A stretch of DNA of 64,000 nucleotides from Acidimicrobiia bacterium (lineage in GTDB: Bacteria; Actinomycetota; Acidimicrobiia; Spongiisociales; ZC4RG35). Each line of letters opens with the position of its first letter. The first letter of the stretch is position 1. The translations under genes and the position numbers were made by a program. The notes under the pieces were generated by a model. It was given only the letters and a program-made list of their open reading frames with translations, was not told the origin of the DNA and made no database searches. This document shows positions 17,170 to 27,634 of this stretch, one piece after another. The DNA lies in contig OZ244034.1 of the NCBI GenBank assembly GCA_965215185.1, forward strand, positions 1,184,001-1,248,000, given 5' to 3'.

Positions 17170-19532
17170 TTAGGGAAGTCTGAAAACACTGAGCCCCGAG
17201 CGGCGGCTGGAATATAAGGATATTGTCAGATCAGCCAGAGAGGCACCGGACTGGGAAGCAAAGGTAGCCAAGCTTTCCTCGAACTCCCCGATACCGACCT
17301 CCTCACCCCCGACGAAGAACCGGTCGTTGGTCTGATCGTAACTCCAGAGAGTAAAGCAAGTACGGAATTCGTTTCGATCTGGATAGACAGCTACGGGGGG
17401 ATATTCAACGTCTGCAGGACCGGTTAGAACACATGCTGTCGGCTTGTCTCCATCGTCAGTGGCTTCCTCGACGATCCACACCACCACTTCATCCTCTGCA
17501 TACCTGACTTCGAGGGGTCGTCCAAGAGACCCGTCATCACCTGTATCACATTGGAGTCACTAAAGATGCTAGGCTTCAGCACCACCAAGAACCCTTCGTC
17601 GTTTTTAGCTGGGGTATTTCTGCAGTCAATACGCTGCTCGTGTATCGCCCACGACTGAACGTCATGGTTTCGGGAGGGTCAGCCCCCGAGGTTACGCTTC
17701 AGACCTTCAGTGGTCACTACTTCCCGCTCCGTTGCCGTCAATGTTTGCAACACTGTACAACTCGTAAGCCAATTGACCTTTGAGGGTCGTCCCTTCCCTC
17801 CCGGTACGGCTGTCCGCAGTGCTGGAAACAGAATCGCCGTATTGGTCGTACAGGCCATACTCAACCGGGATACTGACTCTGAAACTGCTGGACTTCCGGA
17901 CATACAGGTCGAACTGGGGCCGGGCGCTCATCAGCACGGGTGGTCCATCGGTCCAGGCGATCTCGATCGTCACCGGCTCGCAATCCTGGCAATCGGGGTC
18001 GAAAGTAACTACGTCGAGCCGGTGATCCCGGCGAGGGGCGTCGAGTTCGAACACCGCCTCTCCATCGCATCGGTAACCACCGTCTCGTCGTCTTGATCAT
18101 CGTCTGGAAGCAGGTCATAGGACGGAGCTGGTTCATCGTCGGTCATTCACTTCACTTGCGAACAGCAAGATGTCGTCGCTGTCGACCTGAACCTCTATCT
18201 CCACACCCTCTCCAAGGCCTGCTGCTCGTCATCCAGTAGCTGGATCGTGAACTCAATCGAATCGATATCAAGATCGACAATGTATATTTCGTCATCCATT
18301 CTGAACGCATTGGCGGGAATGTCTCGGTCGTCCCACGTCACGCTGATACTGTCGGCACCCTTCGCCGAATGCGCCTCCGCCTTCGAAAAGTTCACCGTGT
18401 CCTCGTCGAATTCGTCTCCGTCCGTGCGACCCACCCAGGCGTAGAAGGTCATCGTCTCTCCGGGCGTAGCTTCGATCCTGTCGTTGAAGATGTTCCCGTC
18501 CTGATCGGTTTCATCATCATCGTCTTCGTCCCACACGCAATCAGCATCACTAGGTTCAATGAAGTCCTCGTCACACTCACCCCTGTCCAGACCGCCGTCG
18601 GGATCGTCGGTGTAGAACCAATCCACTGGCTGGTCCTCAACTGGAGCAAAGCTCGAGTCTCGAACCGAGATCATCATGTCGATGTCGAAGTTGTCCAAGC
18701 CGGAGGTGGGTGACAATTGCACCACCACCCCCGCGGGACGCAGATTGGAGTGATCCAGAATCGCGGCCATGAACTCCGCCATAACCGCTCGGGACATATC
18801 CTCACGCGGGCTGTAGAACCTGTCGGAGCCCAAGTAGCCGCTCGCTATCCCCAGTTCATAAAGATGGGTAACGGCGTCGAATACCATGACAGATTCATCC
18901 TCCAGGTCCCTGAACGGAGACTCCACATCGACGTTGTTGATGTTGTCGTCAACATCATCGGGGATGTACCCGTATTCAGTTGAGCCGTCTGTTAGCGGAT
19001 CCATGAGGTCCATCAGCCGCTGGAGAAACAGCGCCATCTCACCACGGCTGACATGGCGGGCCGGGGCGTAGGTTGTGAGGGTCGCCCCTTGAGTTATCCC
19101 TAACAGAGCCAACTGGCTGATGGCGTCCCGGGACCCTTGTGACAAATCGGCCACATCCGTAAAAGAAGTGGTGCTGCGGGGGGCGGGAACCCGTATCCCC
19201 ACCCGTTTGGCCAGCCTGATCAGAAAGAGTGCCATGTGCTCGCGGATCACCGGGTCATCGGGTGAATATGTGGTGGCTGAAGTGCCCTTGGTGATTCCGT
19301 AGTAGGCGATGCAGTCGATGTCACCGGCGTTGTCATGGCGGGCCGAGACATCGGAGAAGTCGGCGTCGGGGATGACATCTTCGGGGCAGGCTTCGAAGGT
19401 GGCCAGGTAGTCGGGCGCCGGGTCGGCCGCTTTGATGGGAGGGGGGGCTATCGCAAACAGGCTGACCAGCAGGGAGATGCCGGCCAGCAATCCGACCGAC
19501 CGAGAGAACGGTCTGGATGAGTGAGTTGCCAT
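17170..19532 (-). pseudogene. SLH-domain protein paralog broken by multiple frameshifts (pseudogene or assembly errors)
   Basis: Fragments 18195..19532, 17707..18054 and 17170..17487 each align in order with the 13834..16125 protein (AADPAPDY, DIDCIAYYGIT, VEYxLxDQYG, FRTxFTLWSY). Confidence 0.8.
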
Positions 19533-19791
19533 GAAACACCGTCGATTCTTTTGCGAGATGCCCAGCGCCCGCCCAGGCACCTACCTATTCCTTAACTTGT
19601 CCGAAATTATAGGCATGGGCAGAAACAACCGTGGTCTTAACCCCCCGTCTGAATGCCCCCGGTCGGCAAGGCCATGTTAGGATACCGTCGGGTAGGGCTT
19701 CATAAAGGCGGGCTGGCCTGGCAGGCTATCTCGACTGATGGCCGTACCAAGCAACCCGAATCAAACCAAACCCCAAGAAAAGGAAGGAAAG

Positions 19792-21735
19792 ATGAACAAA
19801 TTTCGCGTATGGATAACCATGTTCTTAGCTCTGGCGCTGATCGCCGCGGCCTGTGGCGGGGATGACGGCGACACCGCCCCCGCTACGCCGGTAACCACTG
19901 CCGCAGCTGGGACCTCGGACACCACCGCCGCCATGGACGACGACACCATGGACGACGAAGACACCACCGAAGACACCACCGCCGCCATGGACGACGACAC
20001 CATGGACGACGAAGACACCACCGAAGACACCATGCCCATAGAAGAGGATGAGGTGACCACCACCGCGGCGGTGACCGGCGAGGACCTCGCCGGCGGCGCA
20101 GGAGTCTGCGCTCCCCCATCGGAGGCTGCGCCTCCGCGAGGCGTGGAGCCGGTCGATGGGTTGACCATCATCAAGGCCTACTCAGGCGATGTCCCCAATA
20201 TTGACCCCAGACTCAACTTCGAAGCTCGGGGATCAGAGTTGGCGGCAAACATGTATGACCAGCTCATCACCTTCCACTTCGACGAGAACGCAGACGGAGT
20301 GCTGATTGCTGATTCCACCCGTCCCCAAGGATTGCTGGCAGAAAGTTGGGAGTTCGACAACGAGTGCACCTCGGTGACCTTCACCCTGCGTCAGGGCGTG
20401 AAATTCAATCATTCCGGGAATGAGATGACGGCCACAGACGTGAAGTGGAGTTTCCGGAGAGCAGCCTTGCACCAGGACAGGGTAGGCGGCTGGTTCGATC
20501 ATGCGGTCATAGCCCTATATGACTACGGTGACGAAGAAAGCATTGATGATGTGATCACCGTCATCGACGACTACACCATCCGCTTTGATTTCCTTTACCC
20601 CACCCCGTTCCCCCTGCATGTGCTCTCCAACGCCGGCGTCACTGTTTACGACTCCAGGATCCTAAGCACGAAGGGCACCACCGACGACCCATGGGCGAGG
20701 GGCTTCCTGCAGACCACCGACACGGGCACCGGGCCCTTCTATCTGGAATCCATAGAACCAGGTGTTCAGGTCACGCTCAGGCGCAACGAGGACTACTTCC
20801 TCGGGGCCGCCCAAGCGGAGCGGGTCATCCTGCGGGTGATTCCCGACAAGTCACAGCAGGCCACCCTGCTGGCCGCCGGTGAGATCGACTTCGCTGAGGC
20901 AGTCCCTGTCACAGCTATTCCCGAGCTTGTGGCTCAGGGCGTGAAAGTCACCACGGTGGGAGGCAACAACCAGGCGGTCATGTACATGAACCCCACCAGG
21001 CCCCCATTTGACGATGTGCGCGTCCGCCAGGCGATCTCCTATTCCTTTCCCTACGACGACATCCTGGAAGGCGTTTATTTCGGTGCCGCCAGCCGAGGCA
21101 CGGGGCCGATTCCCTCGACCACTCCGACCTTCAATCCTGATGGTTCGTTCTACAGTTACGACTTGGACAAAGCCCGTGAGTTGCTGGCTGCGTCGGCATA
21201 TCCTGATGGTTTCAGCACCCAGCTATACATAGACAGCACACTGGATTTCGCTCCCGAGTTGGCTATTGTGGTGCAGGCTTCTCTCGCCCAGATTGGGATT
21301 GACGTCGAGATCGTCAGGCTCAGTTCAGGCGACTTCCAAGAAAACGTGTTCAACGAGGACCCCACGAAGACAGACGCCATGGAAGCAAGGATCAACCCGA
21401 TGGACTTCTTCCTGTTCTACTTCGGGTCCGGTTCGTGGGTGAACGAGCCCCAGTACCACATGGAACTGTTCTGGGAACGGGATGCCTACGCTATGCGGAG
21501 CAACTATGAGAACACAGTGGTAACCGAGAAGTTGGAAGCTGCCAAGCTCTTGAGTCCGGCCGAGCCGGCGAGGACACAGCTCTATCACGACGTGCAGGCC
21601 TTGATGCTGGTCGACGCTCCCGCCGTGTGGCTGGCCGAACCTCATCTGATCGTGGCTTCCTCGACAGCCATTCAGGGGTTCATGTGGCGACCCGACCAAA
21701 TCAACCGTTACTACTACGTGACCAAGTCATCCTGA
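19792..21735 (+). CDS. Peptide/nickel-type ABC transporter substrate-binding lipoprotein
   Basis: Lipobox LIAAAC, acidic linker, LAESWE, FTLRQGVKF, TGTGPF, PFDDVRVRQA; ATG 19792 after AAGGAAGG. Confidence 0.92.
   Translation: MNKFRVWITMFLALALIAAACGGDDGDTAPATPVTTAAAGTSDTTAAMDDDTMDDEDTTEDTTAAMDDDTMDDEDTTEDTMPIEEDEVTTTAAVTGEDLAGGAGVCAPPSEAAPPRGVEPVDGLTIIKAYSGDVPNIDPRLNFEARGSELAANMYDQLITFHFDENADGVLIADSTRPQGLLAESWEFDNECTSVTFTLRQGVKFNHSGNEMTATDVKWSFRRAALHQDRVGGWFDHAVIALYDYGDEESIDDVITVIDDYTIRFDFLYPTPFPLHVLSNAGVTVYDSRILSTKGTTDDPWARGFLQTTDTGTGPFYLESIEPGVQVTLRRNEDYFLGAAQAERVILRVIPDKSQQATLLAAGEIDFAEAVPVTAIPELVAQGVKVTTVGGNNQAVMYMNPTRPPFDDVRVRQAISYSFPYDDILEGVYFGAASRGTGPIPSTTPTFNPDGSFYSYDLDKARELLAASAYPDGFSTQLYIDSTLDFAPELAIVVQASLAQIGIDVEIVRLSSGDFQENVFNEDPTKTDAMEARINPMDFFLFYFGSGSWVNEPQYHMELFWERDAYAMRSNYENTVVTEKLEAAKLLSPAEPARTQLYHDVQALMLVDAPAVWLAEPHLIVASSTAIQGFMWRPDQINRYYYVTKSS
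19918..20032 (+). repeat. Exact 54-bp tandem duplication encoding DTTAAMDDDTMDDEDTTE x2 in the lipoprotein linker
   Basis: Units 19918-19971 and 19972-20025 are identical, plus a partial third unit. Confidence 0.92.
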
Positions 21736-21762
21736 TCATCCGGTAGTACTTTGAGAAAAGCT

Positions 21763-21805
21763 GGACAAGCCGCCGTGTCAGATCTTCTGGTACGGCGGCT
21801 TGTCC
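21763..21805 (+). terminator. Stem-loop after the substrate-binding gene (partial terminator or mRNA stabiliser)
   Basis: GGACAAGCCGCCGT ... ACGGCGGCTTGTCC 14-bp inverted repeat followed by TTT. Confidence 0.75.
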
Positions 21806-21827
21806 TTTCCAGGGCCAGACCACGCTG

Positions 21828-22838
21828 ATGGCCCCATACATAGCACGACGTGTTGTAGCCCTCATCCCGATTCTTATTGGGGTCACCTTGCTTGCTTTCC
21901 TGGTATCGCGAGGATTGCCTGGAGACCCGGCCCGGTTATACGCCGGAATGATGACATCTGAGGGTGAGGTGGAAGCAATCCGAGTTAGTTTGGGGCTGGA
22001 CAAACCTCTCTATCACCAGTACTGGGTTTACATGCAGGGACTGGCCCAAGGTGACCTGGGAGAATCACCGCGCACGGGATTCTCCGTCGCTGAAGACATT
22101 CGTAATCGCCTCCCGGCTACGGTGGAGATCGTGGTCGCCGGCTTGATATTCGCCCTGGTGGTGGCGCTCCCACTGGGGGTGTGGGCCGCAGTACGCAGGG
22201 GTAAGCTGATCGACAGATTCTGCAGGTTCATCTCCACCTTAGGGGTAGCCATCCCCGACTTTTGGGCGGCCCTTATTTTGGTGATGATTTTCTTTGTATT
22301 CCTGGGGTGGGCGCCTCCACCGGTCGGTCGTTTGGATCTCGGTGCAGTCCCTCCTGACGGCCCCACCGGCTTCTACATATTTGATTCCCTGGTGAGGGGG
22401 CAGTGGGAAACCTTCCGAAACGCGGTGGCACACGTCATCCTGCCAATGGTGTCCCTGGGCTTTCCGGCCATGGCCCCTATCCTGCGGCTCACCCGCAACG
22501 CCACACTGTCCGTACTCAACTCTGACTACATCGCTTTTGGAAGAGCCTCAGGTCTACGTGGCGCTCCACTATACCTGAAGTACGTTCTTCGCAACTCCCT
22601 ACCGGGCGCCATAACCATGACCGGCCTAATCTCCGGGTACATGATCGGAGGAGCGGTACTAATCGAAAGAGTCTTCTCTTGGCCGGGAGTGGGTCTGTAT
22701 GCCTTTAACTCCCTGCAAAGGACCGATCATGCCGCTATCCAAGGCGTTGTCCTCCTGTCGGCTTTCACCTATCTACTGGTGTTTCTGGTAGTAGACCTGC
22801 TCCAATCAATTGTCGATCCGCGGGTGAGGTTGAAATGA
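21828..22838 (+). CDS. ABC transporter permease (DppB/OppB-like)
   Basis: PGDPA, LGLDKPL, RLPATVE, EAA-like loop, IERVFSWPG. Confidence 0.93.
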   Translation: MAPYIARRVVALIPILIGVTLLAFLVSRGLPGDPARLYAGMMTSEGEVEAIRVSLGLDKPLYHQYWVYMQGLAQGDLGESPRTGFSVAEDIRNRLPATVEIVVAGLIFALVVALPLGVWAAVRRGKLIDRFCRFISTLGVAIPDFWAALILVMIFFVFLGWAPPPVGRLDLGAVPPDGPTGFYIFDSLVRGQWETFRNAVAHVILPMVSLGFPAMAPILRLTRNATLSVLNSDYIAFGRASGLRGAPLYLKYVLRNSLPGAITMTGLISGYMIGGAVLIERVFSWPGVGLYAFNSLQRTDHAAIQGVVLLSAFTYLLVFLVVDLLQSIVDPRVRLK

Positions 22839-23677
22839 CAGCCAGATCTGCCCAGAGAAGACTAGACAGCCGTCTTGTGGTAGGGATGATTCTGTTCGGC
22901 GGCATGATAGGAGTAGCAATATTTGCGCCACTGATCGCCCGCAACGATCCCTTGGCAATTGACTTCGGAACCCAATTTCTGTCTCCTTCCACCGAGCACT
23001 GGTTCGGTACCGGTAAGTTGGGCTTTGACATCTTCGCCCGGGTCGTCTATGCCACCCGGTACGACCTGGTAATCGCCATTTCGGCGGTGGCGTTCTCCAT
23101 TGTTATTGGCCATCCCATCGGGCTGATCGTCGGGTATGTGGGAGGGCGTGCCGACTCGCTCACCATGAGAGGCCTTGATGTCATTCAGTCCTTCCCGGCT
23201 TTCGTATTGGCAGTGGGAGTGCTGTCGGCGTTAGGTGAAGGCGTGTGGAACCTAATCTTGGTGGTTGGCGTGGTCGGCGTTCCCACCTTCGTTCGGTTGG
23301 TGAGGGCCGAGGTTCGCTCTATTCGTGAGCACTCCTATGTGGAAGCGGGACGGGCGGTGGGCAATTCAAAGCGTCAAATAATGCTTCGCTACATCGCACC
23401 GGGAACGGTCGGCACAATGGCCACCCAAGCGGCGATCAGTTGCGGCTGGGCGATCCTACTCACCGCCGCTCTGGGCTTCATCGGCCTAGGAGTGCCGCTT
23501 CCCGAACCGGAATGGGGAGCGATGATTTCAGAGGGCGTGCAAGAAATGGTGGTGGGCGGTCGCTGGTGGATCTCGGTGTTTCCCGGCATGGCCATCGCTA
23601 TCACGATCTTCTCCCTGAGCCTGATCGGTGAATCGATCGCCGATCTGGTGGAACCCACCCGGAGAAAATCGCGATGA
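22835..23677 (+). CDS. ABC transporter permease (DppC/OppC-like)
   Basis: HWFGT..GFDIF, YVEAGRAVG, PEWGAMI, WWISVFPG. Confidence 0.93.
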   Translation: MTARSAQRRLDSRLVVGMILFGGMIGVAIFAPLIARNDPLAIDFGTQFLSPSTEHWFGTGKLGFDIFARVVYATRYDLVIAISAVAFSIVIGHPIGLIVGYVGGRADSLTMRGLDVIQSFPAFVLAVGVLSALGEGVWNLILVVGVVGVPTFVRLVRAEVRSIREHSYVEAGRAVGNSKRQIMLRYIAPGTVGTMATQAAISCGWAILLTAALGFIGLGVPLPEPEWGAMISEGVQEMVVGGRWWISVFPGMAIAITIFSLSLIGESIADLVEPTRRKSR

Positions 23678-24633
23678 GCGCGCTTTTGGACATCACCGGA
23701 CTCGAGGTGGAAATCAGCGGCCTTCCCATTCTCCGGGGGGTGGATTTGCAGGTCAGACAAGGCGAGATACTGGGTGTGGTTGGCGAAACCGGGGCAGGAA
23801 AGTCAATGACCGCCCGCGCCATCCTCGATCTGCTACCCAGCGGGGCGACGGTCTCCTTCCAGAACTGCACTCTAGATGGACAGGACTTCACGCCCGCGAA
23901 AGCCCGTCAGCAAGCGCGGGGGCACAGAATCGGTTTCGTGCCCCAACATCCCCGGGGAAGTCTCAACCCGGTGTTCCGGGTTGGGACCCAACTCGCAGAC
24001 ACTCTTCGTCGCCTGCGGAACATGGGCCGCAGAGAAGCCAAGAACGAGGCGCTCGCTCTGCTCCACTCGGTTCGGATCTCCGATCCGCAACGGGTTTACC
24101 GGTCCTTTCCACACGAATTATCGGGAGGGATGTGTCAGCGGGTGTGCATCGCCATTGCCTTGGCCGGGGAACCCGAACTGATCATCGCCGATGAACCAAC
24201 CACCGGTCTAGACGTCACCATTCAGGCCGAGATACTAAGACTGTTAGGTGACTTGATTTCAGAACACAATGCGGCAGGGATGCTGATAACCCACGATCTG
24301 GGAGTGGTGGCCGATGTCTGTGATCGGGTGGCGGTTATGTACGCCGGCCGGGTGATCAACTTGGGCACCACCGCCGAAATTTATCGCCAAGCCCTTCATC
24401 CGTACGCCAATCAACTGGTCTCCATCGCCACCTCTCTCGATTCAGGGGGCACTCCCCAGGAAATCCCCGGACGGGTCCCCAACCCGGGTGAAGACCTCGC
24501 CCCCTGCGCGTTCGCCCCCCGCTGTTTCCGGGCGGAAGCCGACTGCTTCGAGACAGAACCCCCGCTGTTTGGCATGGAGGGACAGCTGGCCTTCTGCCAT
24601 CATCCCGTCGTCGGCGAAACGGTTTCTCCATGA
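23674..24633 (+). CDS. ABC transporter ATP-binding protein (DppD-like)
   Basis: GETGAGKS, FPHELSGGM, IIADEPTT, C-terminal Cys cluster. Confidence 0.94.
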   Translation: MSALLDITGLEVEISGLPILRGVDLQVRQGEILGVVGETGAGKSMTARAILDLLPSGATVSFQNCTLDGQDFTPAKARQQARGHRIGFVPQHPRGSLNPVFRVGTQLADTLRRLRNMGRREAKNEALALLHSVRISDPQRVYRSFPHELSGGMCQRVCIAIALAGEPELIIADEPTTGLDVTIQAEILRLLGDLISEHNAAGMLITHDLGVVADVCDRVAVMYAGRVINLGTTAEIYRQALHPYANQLVSIATSLDSGGTPQEIPGRVPNPGEDLAPCAFAPRCFRAEADCFETEPPLFGMEGQLAFCHHPVVGETVSP

Positions 24634-25598
24634 CCGGTACCGTCGACACCCTTCAAGTCCAAGATCTCACCAAGATCTTCAAGATCAAGACCGGCAGCTT
24701 CCAACATGCCGATTTGAAGGCTGTTGACGAGGTCAACATCTCCATCCCTGCCGGCAGAACCCTGGCAGTGGTCGGCGAGTCGGGATCGGGGAAGACCACC
24801 CTGGCCCGCCTGATTCTGCGCCTCCTGGAACCCACCCAAGGAACGGTGCTCTTGGAGAACACCGACATCACCGGGATGGAAGGCGCCAAGTTGGAAGACA
24901 TGCGAGCTCGGATGCAGATCGTCTTTCAGGATCCCTACGACTCGCTTTCACCCTGGCAGACCGTGGGACGGACCGTGGCCGAGCCATTGCTGCTGCACCA
25001 GAATCTGAGCATGCAGCAAGCCATCGAACCGGTGGCCAACATGCTGGAGCGGGTGGGTCTCAGCCCCGAACACGCCCAACGCTACCCCCATGAACTCTCA
25101 GGAGGGCAGGCCCAGCGAGTGGGCATCGCCCGGGCGATGATCACCAACCCCGCCCTGGTGGTGCTGGACGAGCCCACCTCCTCGCTGGACATGTCGGTTC
25201 AATCCCAGATACTGCTTCTGCTCCAGTCACTCCAAGAGGAACTGAACATCTCCTACATGTTCATTTCCCACGACTTGACCGTGGTCCGCTATATCGCCCA
25301 TGACCTGGCTGTCATGTACCTGGGCAAAGTGGTCGAGTCCGGACCGGCCGCCCAGATCTTTGCTTCACCCCGCCATCCCTACACAGAGGCTTTGCTCAAG
25401 GCAGCCCCCCGTCCTGATCCTTCCCACAAAACCGAACATGTTTATCTGGTGGGTGAGCAGCCCTCCGCCCTCGACCGGGCCCCGGGATGCCCCCTGTACG
25501 GAAGGTGCCCCATCGACGAAGATGTGTGCGCCGACATGCCGCAAAGGCTTGTGGAAGTGGAGTTCCGACACAAAGTGGCCTGTTGGAAACGAACCTAG
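24630..25598 (+). CDS. ABC transporter ATP-binding protein (DppF-like)
   Basis: GESGSGKT, YPHELSGGQ, LDEPTS, HPYT, C-terminal Cys cluster. Confidence 0.94.
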   Translation: MTGTVDTLQVQDLTKIFKIKTGSFQHADLKAVDEVNISIPAGRTLAVVGESGSGKTTLARLILRLLEPTQGTVLLENTDITGMEGAKLEDMRARMQIVFQDPYDSLSPWQTVGRTVAEPLLLHQNLSMQQAIEPVANMLERVGLSPEHAQRYPHELSGGQAQRVGIARAMITNPALVVLDEPTSSLDMSVQSQILLLLQSLQEELNISYMFISHDLTVVRYIAHDLAVMYLGKVVESGPAAQIFASPRHPYTEALLKAAPRPDPSHKTEHVYLVGEQPSALDRAPGCPLYGRCPIDEDVCADMPQRLVEVEFRHKVACWKRT

Positions 25599-27634
25599 CG
25601 CTTCGGGTCGCCACCGATATAGGGGGAACATTCACCGATGTGGTGGTGTACGACCCCCGTAGCCGCCGGTACACCACCGCCAAGGCGCCCAGTAAGGGGG
25701 ATGACTTGGCTTCCGGGGTGATGGATGCCTTGGGACTGGTGGTGGACGACCCCGCGCAGGTCGAATCATTTGTCCATGGCTCCACAGTGGGACTCAACGC
25801 CTTCTTGCAGAGACGAGGGGAAAGGGCGATCCTGTTGGCCACCGCCGGGGCCAGCGACGTGTACCACATCGCCCGCGGTAACCGCCTCGACATGTACAAC
25901 ATCCGGTACCGCAAACCCGCTCCTCTCATCCCCCGTCGGGACATCATCCCCATCGGGGGAAGGCTCGATTTCGAGGGCAATGAGTTGGCGCCTTTGGACC
26001 ATGACGATCTCCGGCGGGCGGCCGAAAGGATTCGCTGCGAAGGGGTGCGGTCCGTGGCCATCGCCTTTCTGTTCTCCTACCAGAACCCTGACCACGAACT
26101 CGCCGCGGCCGCCGTCCTCAGCGAGATGGCGCCCGGAGTATCTCTATCCCTCTCCCATCAGGTGGCGACCGAGTGGCGGGAATACGAACGAACCGCTTCC
26201 ACAGTGATGGATTCCTACATTGCCCCCTCGGTCTCCCGTTACATGGCCGATCTTTCGAATCGGCTGAGAAACCAGGGCATGGCAACCCCATTGCGGGTGA
26301 TGCAGTCAAACGGAGGCATCATCTCCGCCAAGGCCGCCTCTGAGCGACCCCTGCAGACCCTCCTGTCCGGTCCGGTGGGTGGAGCAGCGGGCGGCGTAGC
26401 CCTCTCCGAAGTCCTGAACCGACCCAATCTGATTTGCATCGATCTGGGAGGAACCAGCTTCGACGTCAGTTTGATCACCGCCGGTCAGGCCGACAGTTCC
26501 CCTTCGGCTCTGCTGGAGGGCCTGCCGGTGCTGATGCCAGTGGTTGATATTCACACCATCGGCGCGGGTGGGGGTTCACTGGCCTACCTGGAGGCGGGAG
26601 GATTGAGAGTAGGGCCGGAAAGCGCCGGCGCTCATCCCGGGCCGGCCTGCTACGGACGAGGAGGAACCCAACCCACCGTGACCGACGCCAACCTGGCGCT
26701 GGGCCGCATCGATCCCAGCTATTTCTTGGGAGGCAATCTCACCCTCAACACCCAAGCGGCGGACAACGCCTTGGAGAACCTGGGGCAAAAGCTTGGCCTC
26801 GACCGCGAGAGGCTGGCGCTGGGAATCATCGAAGTGCTCAATGCCAAGATGTCCCAAGCCATACGAACCCTCACCGTGGAACGCGGGATCGAACCCCGGG
26901 AATTCAGTTTGGTGGCCTTTGGAGGGGCCGGTCCCATGCACGCGGTGGCCCTGGCCCAGGAACTGGGAATCACCGAAGTGATCGTTCCTCCCGATCCGGG
27001 CGGCTTCTCGGCTTGGGGAATGCTGCAATCAGCGGTCCGCCAAGACTTCAGCGAGGCGTTCTTCCGAGACTTCGCCGACTTGGACGTGGAGGATCTGGAA
27101 AGCCGATTCACCCGACTGGGCGATCGGGCTTTCTCCAGTTTGCTGGGAGAGGGAGTGGATGCCCACCGCATATCACTAATCCAACGTCTGGACATGCGCT
27201 ACCAGGGACAGGAGCACACTCTTACTGTCACCCTTCCCAATGGCGTCTCCCCGACAGGCGATGGCCGATTTGCCGGGGTTCGCCAACGCTTCGAGGACAC
27301 GTACCGTGCCAGATACGGTCACTCCAATCCGGAAGCATCCCTTGAGACCGTCAACCTCAGACTCACCGCCCTGGGAGATGTGGGGCGCCCTCTGCTCCAG
27401 GACAATTACCGGCCTAATCGGCCCTCCGATCGGCCTTCCAAGATATCCCCGGTTCTGTTCACCACCGGCTCTTACCGCACCGCCCGTTTCAATCGAGAGG
27501 CTCTGCCGCCGGGCTGCTCCATCGATGGCCCGGCGATCTTGGAAGAAGCCACCGCCACCACCGTGATTCCACCCGAAGGGACGGCCACCATCGACGACTA
27601 CGGCTGTCTGATAATCAAGGCCACTCCGGTATGA
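25583..27634 (+). CDS. Hydantoinase A/oxoprolinase-family ATP-binding subunit (second)
   Basis: ATDIGGTFTD, EYERT, SGPVGG, DLGGTS, IGAGGGS, FGGAGP; start approximate (TTG 25583). Confidence 0.92.
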   Translation: METNLALRVATDIGGTFTDVVVYDPRSRRYTTAKAPSKGDDLASGVMDALGLVVDDPAQVESFVHGSTVGLNAFLQRRGERAILLATAGASDVYHIARGNRLDMYNIRYRKPAPLIPRRDIIPIGGRLDFEGNELAPLDHDDLRRAAERIRCEGVRSVAIAFLFSYQNPDHELAAAAVLSEMAPGVSLSLSHQVATEWREYERTASTVMDSYIAPSVSRYMADLSNRLRNQGMATPLRVMQSNGGIISAKAASERPLQTLLSGPVGGAAGGVALSEVLNRPNLICIDLGGTSFDVSLITAGQADSSPSALLEGLPVLMPVVDIHTIGAGGGSLAYLEAGGLRVGPESAGAHPGPACYGRGGTQPTVTDANLALGRIDPSYFLGGNLTLNTQAADNALENLGQKLGLDRERLALGIIEVLNAKMSQAIRTLTVERGIEPREFSLVAFGGAGPMHAVALAQELGITEVIVPPDPGGFSAWGMLQSAVRQDFSEAFFRDFADLDVEDLESRFTRLGDRAFSSLLGEGVDAHRISLIQRLDMRYQGQEHTLTVTLPNGVSPTGDGRFAGVRQRFEDTYRARYGHSNPEASLETVNLRLTALGDVGRPLLQDNYRPNRPSDRPSKISPVLFTTGSYRTARFNREALPPGCSIDGPAILEEATATTVIPPEGTATIDDYGCLIIKATPV

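Noticed and set aside
17170-19532. Diversity-generating retroelement target or programmed frameshifting in the SLH paralog
   Set aside because: No reverse transcriptase or template repeat is seen, and the lesions are multiple indels rather than adenine-specific substitutions or one slippery site
19918-20032. Possible CRISPR array or VNTR of a mobile element
   Set aside because: Direct in-frame coding tandem repeat with no spacers and no cas genes in the window
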